Shown piece after piece: positions 17,710-25,460 of a stretch of 40,000 bases of DNA. Source of the stretch: an uncultured Actinomycetes bacterium (GTDB taxonomy: Bacteria > Actinomycetota > Actinomycetes > Streptosporangiales > Streptosporangiaceae); contig CAVQFM010000014.1 of assembly GCA_963711705.1 (NCBI GenBank), forward strand, positions 315,296 to 355,295. The letters run 5' to 3'. A model generated the notes under the pieces. That model had not been told where the DNA came from, did no database searches, and worked only from the letters and a program-made list of their open reading frames with translations. Every line of letters starts with the position of its first letter. Position 1 is the stretch's first letter. Both the position numbers and the translations under genes were made by a program.

Positions 17710-18388
17710 CTTTACGCCATTGGGCGTCTGCGGGATAGCCGCACTGCGGCAGATCAGCGCGCCGGCTCGTGGCGCGGCAGCCCGGATTCCTCCGGACGCA
17801 ACCATCGGTGACACCGCCGCAGCCGGACGATCGTGGCCCGCTCGAATGGATTGCTTGATCTTGATGGTCCCTGACCGGACGGGCTCCTGAGCGTGGACTG
17901 GGAACCGGAAGCTGCCCGACTCGCCGCGCAGGTGACCGGGCCGGCCCTCCGCGCTGGCGCGGCGCCGGTCTCAGCCACGCCCGCCGTGGCGGCCAGGCGC
18001 CTGATCGCGGTGGCAGGCCGGGGGAGCAGCAAGAGGCATATATCTCGAACTGGCAACGTCTGGGTAACGGCGAGGCTAATGTGTCGGCTGAGAGTAAGGC
18101 CTCAGAGGGGGAAGGTGCCGTGCCGAACTGGGCAGATGATTCCGGCCGCCATCACTGGTACCAGGTCCCGTCGCCTCGGGCGCGTCGAGGGGTAGGCCTG
18201 GCTGGCGCCGTTAGCAGCCGTCCGGCCGGCCCGTGCCGGATCAGGCGTTCGCGCGATCGCTGACAGCAGCCGGATCCAATCTTGGCGCCCTTCGACAGAA
18301 GCTGAGCGACGCCTAGGCCAAGCCCCCCGCCCGCCCGTTCCCTCGGCTCGCTGCCGGGAGCCCCGCGCGGCCAGCCCTCGAGGAGAAA

Positions 18389-19543
18389 ATGATGTCCAGT
18401 CACCGGAAGACCAGGAAGACCAGGAAGAGGCTCGGCCTGGCCGCGGTGGCAGCCACGGCGGCGCTCGCCACGGCCTTCGCGCTCGCGCTGACGGCAGGCA
18501 CCACTCACCGCAGCAGCCCCCGGGCCGCACAGCAGCTCACGGCGCACCGGGCGCAGTGGCCGCCATCGCACTGGGTGGGCCGGCGGCATGCCCACCGCCA
18601 TCCGGCGGCGCACAGCCCGAGCCCGTCCGCCAGCCCGTCCCCGAGCATGACCGTCAAAGCCAGCGCGTCGCCGCCCCCGAGCTCGGCAGCCAGCACCGTC
18701 CCGCCGGTGGCCACGTCCGGTTTCCCCGATGCGTCGAACACCGGCGTCCCCGCACACACCGCGCTGACGAAGGTCGGCCCGGGTGGTCTGACCAGCGGCC
18801 CGGGCTGGGTGTACAACCCGCGCGGCTGGGTGGAGGTGACCGGCAGCAACGTCACGCTGCAGGGTCTCTACATCCCGTTCAACGTGGATATCACCTCCGC
18901 GAGCAATGTCACGGTGAAAAACGATGAGATCTACGGAGTCGGCGCCCAGTGGGGCATCAGCCTCCGCCACACCAAGAACGTCACGATCGAGAACGACAGC
19001 ATTTACGGCCCAGCCGGCTGCGCCGCTCAGATGTATGAGGGTGTCAGCGACATTTACGGCGACTCGACGGGAACGCAGATCATCGGCAATGACATCTGGA
19101 ACACCGCGGGGCCGGTGAGCGTCGGCAACGGCCTGATCGAGGGGAATTACCTGCACGGCCTCACTCAGTGCGGGTCGGAGCACAACGACGGGATCGGCGT
19201 CAACGCCGGCAGCACCAGCCTGGTCATTGACCACAACACGGTGCTGGACCCGCTCAACCAGACCTGCGCGATCTGCCTGTTCTCCGACTTCGGCCAGGTG
19301 CGGAACGTGACCATCAAGGACAACCTGCTGGCCGGCGGTGCCTACACCCTGTACGGCGGCCTGTCCGGCAACCAGGGCGCCTCATCGACTCCGGGAGTGA
19401 CGATCACCGGGAACAAGTTCTCGGCGATGTACTACCCGAACGGGGGAACCTACGGCCCCGCTGCCCATGTCTGGTCCGGGGACGTCTGGTCCGGGAACAC
19501 CTGGGCAGACGGCCCGCACGCCGGGCAGGCCATCGCCCACTGA
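18389..19543 (+). CDS. Secreted right-handed parallel beta-helix repeat protein (pectate-lyase-fold-like)
   Basis: GAGGAG lies upstream of the start. The basic n-region plus hydrophobic signal reads 'HRKTRKTRKRLGLAAVAATAALATAFALALTAG'. A Ser/Pro linker follows, then repeating 'NVT(L/V/I).(N/G)..I' rungs (NVTLQGLYI, NVTVKNDEIY, NVTIENDSIY, NVTIKDNLL). Confidence 0.8.
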   Translation: MMSSHRKTRKTRKRLGLAAVAATAALATAFALALTAGTTHRSSPRAAQQLTAHRAQWPPSHWVGRRHAHRHPAAHSPSPSASPSPSMTVKASASPPPSSAASTVPPVATSGFPDASNTGVPAHTALTKVGPGGLTSGPGWVYNPRGWVEVTGSNVTLQGLYIPFNVDITSASNVTVKNDEIYGVGAQWGISLRHTKNVTIENDSIYGPAGCAAQMYEGVSDIYGDSTGTQIIGNDIWNTAGPVSVGNGLIEGNYLHGLTQCGSEHNDGIGVNAGSTSLVIDHNTVLDPLNQTCAICLFSDFGQVRNVTIKDNLLAGGAYTLYGGLSGNQGASSTPGVTITGNKFSAMYYPNGGTYGPAAHVWSGDVWSGNTWADGPHAGQAIAH

Positions 19544-19548
19544 TCAGG

Positions 19549-19596
19549 ATGAAGAAACCGGGCCGGCGAGCTGCTTCGCCGGCCCGGTTTCTTCAT
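19549..19596 (+). terminator. Perfect 21-bp stem / 6-nt loop hairpin directly after the beta-helix gene
   Basis: atgaagaaaccgggccggcga (19549-19569) is the exact reverse complement of 19576-19596. It starts 6 nt after the stop codon at 19541-19543. Confidence 0.7.
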
Positions 19597-19613
19597 CTTC
19601 CCCGGACGTCTGA

Positions 19614-20048
19614 ACTGGGCGACCCACCCGGCACGCTACCTACGATGTGGTGCCCAGCGGCAGCTTCACCGACCCCGAATATGGCCGGGTCGGCCTCACC
19701 GAGACCGAGGCCGCCCAGCACCACGACGCAGTCGTCGGCATCGCCCGTTACGCGGACCTGCTGCGCCCCGTCGCCGACGGCCGGTCAGAGGGCTTCTGCA
19801 AGCTGATCGCGGACCGCCGGACCCGCATCATCCTCGGCGCGCACGTGCTCGGCGAGTACTCAGCCGAGACCGTGCAGACGGTCGCGGCCTGCATGGCCGC
19901 CGGGATGACCGTCGAGCAGATCGCCGAGCTCCAGCTCGCGTTCCCCACCTTCACCGAGGGCGTCAGCATGGCCGCGCAGAAGATCTGCCGGTCCCTCGGC
20001 GTCGGACGCTTCCCCCAGGTCTGGAGCTATCTCGGCGCCGAAGACTGA
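19614..20048 (+). pseudogene. Remnant: C-terminal dimerisation domain only of a pyridine-nucleotide-disulfide oxidoreductase
   Basis: 'YDVVPSGSFTDPEYGRVGLTE...GFCKLIADRRTRIILGAHVLGEYSAETVQTVAACMAAGMTVEQIAELQLAFPTFTEG' is the Pyr_redox_dim part. The frame opens only at 19614, after a TGA. The ~330-aa FAD/NAD part is absent. Confidence 0.8.
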
Positions 20049-20264
20049 CGGTCACCGGGCCACCGGGAGCAACAGGCGGCCGGCCGGGGCATCCGCCGAC
20101 TTTTCATACCTAACGAAGACCCATCCGGGCCATCCTTCCCCGCTGTACCGCGCCCCTGGGGGATCTGCCGGAGACGCCGAGCGGGCTGTGGACGCTGCGC
20201 ATGATCCGGCCGGTTACCGCCAACTGCAGCACTGAGCCGGGCGGAGCCCGGCGCCGGGTCAAGG

Positions 20265-21383
20265 TCAAGCCGGGCCGCTGGTCTTTTCAGGGTGGTTGTC
20301 CACTCCGGGCGGCACAGGCTGACGGCACCCATGGGCGGTCAATGCGTTCGCTATCTCTTGTGTGGTCTGTTCCCAGCCGCGCAGGGTTGACCGCCGCTGT
20401 CGTGCGGCGGCCCGTAGCCGGTGTCGGTGGCGCTCGTCACCCAGCCAGTCTCCGAGCGCGGCGGCGAGGGCAGCCGGATCGCCGGGAGGGACCAGTTGGC
20501 CGGGCCGGGTGCCGTCGGCGGTGGAGCCGAGCGCTTCGGGCAGCCCCCCGACGGCGGCGGCTATGACAGGCAGGCCGTGGGCGAGCGCTTCGGTGACGGC
20601 CATGCCGTAGGTCTCCGAGCGGGACGGCACGACGAGCAGGTCGGCGGTGGTATACGCGTGGCTGAGTGCCGCGCCGGTCAGGACGCCGCTGAGCCGGATG
20701 CGGTGGCCGTAGCCGAGGCGTTTGATACGGGTCTGCAGCTGTTCGACGAAGTCCGGGTCGCGGTCGAGCGGTCCGGCCAGCACGCAATGCCAGTCCCGCT
20801 CAGCGAGGCCGGCCAGCGCCTCGACGAGGAGGTCCTGCCCCTTGTGGCGGCCGAGGACCCCGACGCACATCAGGTGGCCGCGGACGGGCCGGGCCGGGGC
20901 ATCGACCCGATCGACGCCGGGCCGGGCGACGTGCACCCGGTGGGCCGGGATCGCGTATCGGGTCAGTACCTGCTGGCGGGTCCATTCGCTGGTAGCGACC
21001 ACGCCGGTGGCCGCGCGGAGCACGACCCGTTCGGAGCGCTGCGCGCTGGCATCATGGTGTGCGTCGAGGGCGGTGGCCAGTGGCATGTGCAGCAGGACTG
21101 TCATTCGTATCCGGCCGGTGTGTGGCAGCAGCTGCGCGGCGGCCGGCGAGGCGATGAGCCCGTCGATCAGGACGGTCTCACCGTCGGGGATCTCGGAAAC
21201 GATGCGGGCCAGGTCGGCGCGGGCGCCCGCGCCGGGTACCGGCCACGCCGCGGCGACGCTCGTGACCAGCACGTCCCATCCGGCCTCGGCCAGCCCGGCG
21301 CAGGCGCGCCGGTCATAGATGTTGCCGCCGGTAGGCTGGCCGGGATCGTCGAACCCCTCGGGGACTACTACGTGGACCCGCAC
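20265..21383 (-). CDS. GT4-family (GT-B, glycosyltransferase group 1) glycosyltransferase
   Basis: 'MRVHVVVPEGFDDPGQPTGGNIYDR' is a GT4 N-terminus. 'LLVVPSRSETYGMAVTEALAHGLPVIAAAVGGLPEAL' carries the E-x7-E region. Confidence 0.85.
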   Translation of the reverse strand: MRVHVVVPEGFDDPGQPTGGNIYDRRACAGLAEAGWDVLVTSVAAAWPVPGAGARADLARIVSEIPDGETVLIDGLIASPAAAQLLPHTGRIRMTVLLHMPLATALDAHHDASAQRSERVVLRAATGVVATSEWTRQQVLTRYAIPAHRVHVARPGVDRVDAPARPVRGHLMCVGVLGRHKGQDLLVEALAGLAERDWHCVLAGPLDRDPDFVEQLQTRIKRLGYGHRIRLSGVLTGAALSHAYTTADLLVVPSRSETYGMAVTEALAHGLPVIAAAVGGLPEALGSTADGTRPGQLVPPGDPAALAAALGDWLGDERHRHRLRAAARQRRSTLRGWEQTTQEIANALTAHGCRQPVPPGVDNHPEKTSGPA

Positions 21384-21622
21384 GATGTTCCGGCCCTTTC
21401 AGAGCGCCTGCCGTACCCGAGCCAGCCTCCCCCCTACGGCCGGGCTGAACCACACCCGCCGCCGATCCGTCATACCTGACGCAGGGTGGTACGTAGCAGC
21501 GGTGGACACGGTTCGACCCGAGACGACCGCCGCCGCTCGACCCGGGGGCGCGGCACGGCAGGTAGCCCTGCCGGGCCGGGTGGCAGCCGCTCCGCCGTGC
21601 CGGACACCGTGCGGGATCTGAC

Positions 21623-22384
21623 GTGAGACAGGATCAGCGAGCACCATCCTTGACGGCGCTAGAGCGGGCCCAAGCGAGCGCCTACCCCGCGGGCGAGTAT
21701 GTAGGCCAGGAGAGCTTCATGCGGGCGGGCGAGGTCCGGACGCTGGCTCACCAGGCCCGGGTCGGCCCCGGCGTCTCAGTGCTCGACCTGTGCTGCGGGG
21801 TGGCCGGCCCCGGCCGGATGATCACGGCCGAGTCGGGATGCCACTACCTGGGTGTCGATTACTCCGCTAGCGCACTGGCTACCGCCCAGGAGCGGGCCGG
21901 GAATCTCCCCTGCCGCTTCGAGCAAGCTCATCTCCCGCCGCTGCCCGAGGGCCGCTTCGAGGTGGTGCTCCTGCTGGAGACGATGCTGGCCTTCCCTGAC
22001 AAGGAGACCCTGGTGGGTGAGGTGGCGCGCGGGCTGGAGCCGGGCGGGCGTTTCGCTTTCACGGTCGAGGAAGGCCGGCCGCTCACCCAGCAGGAGCGGG
22101 CGCGGATGCCCGGCGCCGATACAGTCTGGCTCATCGAGTTGGCGGAGTTGACGGGCGTGCTGCGCGAGGCGGGGCTGACCGTGATCTGGCGGCAGGAGTA
22201 CAGCTCCTGTCATCACGCGATAGCGACGGCGCTGCTTCGCTGTTATCGAGCTGCTTCACCTCAGATCGCCGACCAGATCGGGACGCAGGACACCGCCGAG
22301 CTGATCACAGCCCATCAGCTGTGGAGTGACTGGCTCGGCAGCGGGCGGGTGCGCAAGTTCGCGATGGTGGCCGAGAAGCGATGA
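21623..22384 (+). CDS. Class I SAM-dependent methyltransferase (MT-1)
   Basis: Motif I is 'VLDLCCGVAGPG' and the post-I region is 'YLGVDYS'. An alternative ATG at 21719 has an AGGAGA RBS. The stop overlaps the MT-2 start (ATGA, 22381-22384). Confidence 0.8.
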   Translation: MRQDQRAPSLTALERAQASAYPAGEYVGQESFMRAGEVRTLAHQARVGPGVSVLDLCCGVAGPGRMITAESGCHYLGVDYSASALATAQERAGNLPCRFEQAHLPPLPEGRFEVVLLLETMLAFPDKETLVGEVARGLEPGGRFAFTVEEGRPLTQQERARMPGADTVWLIELAELTGVLREAGLTVIWRQEYSSCHHAIATALLRCYRAASPQIADQIGTQDTAELITAHQLWSDWLGSGRVRKFAMVAEKR

Positions 22385-23296
22385 CTTGCTTCGATGAAGC
22401 CTCGATGACCTTCGACTATGCCCGCTACCTGGCCGCGAAGACGACCGTAGATGACCGGGCGCTCAACCGGCATGTGCTGGCCGAGCTGCGCCGCCTGATG
22501 CCCGCGGCTGCGCCGCAGGTGCTGGAGGTCGGCGCCGGCCTGGGGACGATGGTGGCCCGTCTGGTGGACTGGGGCGCGGTCGGCGCCGGCGAGTACACGC
22601 TGCTGGATGCGGATCGGCAGCTGCTGGATTGTTCCCGGCGGTGGCTGTGCGATTGGGCGGCTGCGCGGGGCGTGCGCAGCGACCTGCTGCCGGATGGGCT
22701 GCGGGTAGGTGATCTCCGGGTGCGCCTGGTGCACGCCGAGCTCGGCAGTTACCTGGAGGCCGCTCAGCGGCGCGCCGGCCGATGTGCTGATCGCCAACGC
22801 CGTCCTGGACCTGGTGGACGTGCCGGCCGTCCTGCCCGGATTGCTGCGGTTGCTGGTCCCCGGCGGCGTCTACTGGTTCACGATCAACTACGACGGCGAG
22901 AGCATCTTCGCGCCCGGCCACCCCCACGACGACCAGATCATGCAGGCCTACCACCGCGACATGGATGAGCGCTTTCGCTACGGCCGGCCGGCCGGTGAAA
23001 GCCGAACGGGCCGCCGCCTGTTTCACTACCTGCGGGCTGCCGGGGCGCCCGCGCTGGCGGCGGGGTCGTCGGACTGGGTCGTGAGCGCCGGCCCGGATGG
23101 GAACTACCCGGCCGATGAGGCTTACTTCCTGCGCAGCATCCTTAACACGATCCAGAACGCGTTGCGGAATCGCCAGGACCGGGTGGAACCGGCGGACCTG
23201 GCCGACTGGCTGGCCGAGCGCGGCCGGCAACTGGCCGCGGGCGAGCTGGTCTACATCGCCCACCAGCTTGATTTCGTGGGCCGCTCGCCCGGCTAG
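22381..23296 (+). pseudogene. Class I SAM-dependent methyltransferase (MT-2), frame broken mid-gene
   Basis: Motif I 'VLEVGAGLGTMVARL' lies in frame 1. The continuation 'ADVLIANAVLDLVDVPAVLPGLLRLLVPGGVYWFTINYDG' lies in frame 2. The break falls at about 22760-22790 (ggcgcgccggcc). Confidence 0.8.
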
Positions 23297-23462
23297 CGCC
23301 CCGCCGGCCCAGCACCAGGCCGTACGACACAGCGATGATGATCGGCATGTGCAGGACGTAGAGCTGGGCTTCGATGGCGATCGGCCAGAACGCCCAGTTG
23401 GGGGCTGCCCACGGAGCAGGCGTCTTGCCCGAGCAAGCCGTACACGACGACGAACAGGGCGG

Positions 23463-24200
23463 CTAGGCCCCGGATCCCTTCCAGGCCGGCGACGCGGCGC
23501 GTTCAGGACCCCGCGAAAGCAGGTCATGCCCACCGCGCCGGGCCTTGGTGGCCAGGTAGGCGGCGTTGGTCCCGGTAAGGTGCAGCCCGGTGGGGACCTG
23601 CCGGGCGATCGTGATGCCCAGGCGGCCCAGCTGAGCGCCCTTGTCCGGGTTGTTGCTCAGCAGCCCGATGCGGTTGGCGCCGAGCGCGTGCAGCATCTGG
23701 GCCGCGCTGGTGTAGTCGCGCTCGTCGGCCCGGTGACCGAGCGCGAGATTCGCGTCGTACGTATCCAGACCACGATCTTGCAGCGCGTAGGCGTCGAGTT
23801 TGTCATACAGTCCGATGCCGCGCCCTTCCTGGCGCAGATACAGCACGTACCCGCCGTGCTTGGTGATCCGCTCGACGGCTTCGCGCAGTTGCGGCCCGCA
23901 GTCGCATCGCTGGCTGCCGAACACATCACCGGTGAGGCATTCACTGTGCAGGCGCACCAGCGGCAGCCCGGCCGCGGCGGGCCGGCCGAGTTCGAGGGCC
24001 ACGTGCTGCTGCGCGTCGGTCAGGCCGGTGAAGCTGACGACCGTGGCAGTGGTTGAGTAGTCGTCACCGAAACGCAGCGGGATGCGAATACGCCGGCGGA
24101 TCGCTGCTGCCCGGACCGCCCCGGTCACGGGACGAGCCGTTCGGCCTGGTACCAGCTTGAGGGCGCCGTCAGCGGCGTGCCGGGGCCGGTCACCGGGCAC
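23463..24200 (-). CDS. ribA: GTP cyclohydrolase II (RibA-family paralogue)
   Basis: '[24 protein letters not shown]' carries the Zn Cys triad. '[22 protein letters not shown]' and '[11 protein letters not shown]' align to E. coli RibA as I remember it. No DHBP-synthase domain is present. The start abuts the stop of the upstream membrane gene (24200 versus 24207). Confidence 0.9.
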   Translation of the reverse strand: MPGDRPRHAADGALKLVPGRTARPVTGAVRAAAIRRRIRIPLRFGDDYSTTATVVSFTGLTDAQQHVALELGRPAAAGLPLVRLHSECLTGDVFGSQRCDCGPQLREAVERITKHGGYVLYLRQEGRGIGLYDKLDAYALQDRGLDTYDANLALGHRADERDYTSAAQMLHALGANRIGLLSNNPDKGAQLGRLGITIARQVPTGLHLTGTNAAYLATKARRGGHDLLSRGPERAASPAWKGSGA

Positions 24201-24206
24201 GGCCGG

Positions 24207-25232
24207 TCAATCACGCACAGCCTCCAAGGCCCGCGGCGCCGGATCGGGTCGACTCGACTCGCCTGAGTGTCCCGGGTCGCGACGCCGGCGAACGGCGTCC
24301 CCCAGCAGCAGGCCAGCGCCCGGGGCAACCGCGGCCAGCATGAGCACCGCATAGAGAGTGGCGACCGTGACCCCGGTGGCTGCGCCGAGCCCGGCTGCGG
24401 CGAAGGCCCAGGCGGCAACGCCCTCCCGTGGCCCCCACCCGCCGATACTCAAGGGGATCACCACTGCGGTCTGGACCACCATCAGCAGGGCGACCAGTTC
24501 GCCCAGGGGTGCGGTGCAGCCGGCGACCCGGGCCGCGATGACGAACGTGGCCGTGTGCCCGGCCACGACCAGCACCGAAGACAGCGTGAGCTGTGGCCAC
24601 ACGTCTCGGGCCAGCAGGCCGTGACGAAGGTCAGCGGAAACGGCCCGGGCGGCGCTGGTCAGCCGCGACCGGCCGCGGCGAGCAGCGCCACGCACCACCA
24701 GCGCAGCACACGCGGCTACACCCGCCACACCGGCCAGAACATACGGCAGCGCGGGCCGGACCGGCGACGGCAGGCTCAGCAACACGACGGCCGTCACCAC
24801 GGCCTGGATGACCTGACCGCACAGCCGTTCCCACCCCACCGCGCGCATCCCCAACACCACGTCTCCAGCGCGCCGGCCGTGCGTGACCGCCCGGTGCACG
24901 TCGCCGAGAACCCCGCCGACGAGCACGGAGTTGAGGAACAGGGAACGGTAGTAGGCAGAGACCGCGCCTGGCAGGCCAATGCCGACGCCGAGTGCCCGGG
25001 CGACGACCCGCCACCGCCAGGCCGAAAACACCGTGGTCAGGGCAGTGAGCGTGACTGCGGCCACGACCGCCGGCCAGGTGACCGCGCGCAGCCCGTCCTT
25101 GAACGGCGCCGCGCCCACGTGCCGCCAGAGAAACCACAGCACGGTGGCGCCGGCGGCCAGGCGCAGCAACGACGGGCCGAAACGGCGGACGGCCGGAGCG
25201 ATCCTGGCCGGAACTGAGTACAAGCCAGCCAC
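24207..25232 (-). CDS. Flippase-like membrane protein (lysylphosphatidylglycerol-synthase TM-region / UPF0104 family)
   Basis: About 8 TM helices. 'FSAWRWRVVARALGVGIGLPGAVSAYYRSLFLNSVLVGGVLGDVHR' is the characteristic W-R-W...LP/GG.GD segment of the MprF-flippase-like family. Confidence 0.8.
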   Translation of the reverse strand: MAGLYSVPARIAPAVRRFGPSLLRLAAGATVLWFLWRHVGAAPFKDGLRAVTWPAVVAAVTLTALTTVFSAWRWRVVARALGVGIGLPGAVSAYYRSLFLNSVLVGGVLGDVHRAVTHGRRAGDVVLGMRAVGWERLCGQVIQAVVTAVVLLSLPSPVRPALPYVLAGVAGVAACAALVVRGAARRGRSRLTSAARAVSADLRHGLLARDVWPQLTLSSVLVVAGHTATFVIAARVAGCTAPLGELVALLMVVQTAVVIPLSIGGWGPREGVAAWAFAAAGLGAATGVTVATLYAVLMLAAVAPGAGLLLGDAVRRRRDPGHSGESSRPDPAPRALEAVRD

Positions 25233-25460
25233 ATGGGATTATACGGGCCGGCCGGGCACATAGTTCAACCGTCCGGCTGCGGCAGGATAGTGGGTCGGCG
25301 GCCGGTTGCGGTGAACCAGCGTGACCGACGGACCCGTTGTCCCCGTCAAGGATGGGGCAGATAGATACGGAGACGGAGGTGCGGTGCGCACGGTTCAGCC
25401 AGCGGATAAGGGCACGCGGCCTGTGACCCGGCTCGGCGGGCAAGGGCGTGCTGCCTGCGG

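Noticed and set aside
18152-19234. 360-aa ORF on the minus strand
   Set aside because: It is antisense to the secreted beta-helix gene, which has an RBS, a signal peptide and repeat structure.
25233-25447. Possible riboswitch or leader upstream of the CDP-alcohol transferase gene
   Set aside because: Small hairpins are present, but I could not match any riboswitch consensus I know (ZTP, THF, preQ1, FMN). This needs a covariance-model scan and is not reported as a feature.
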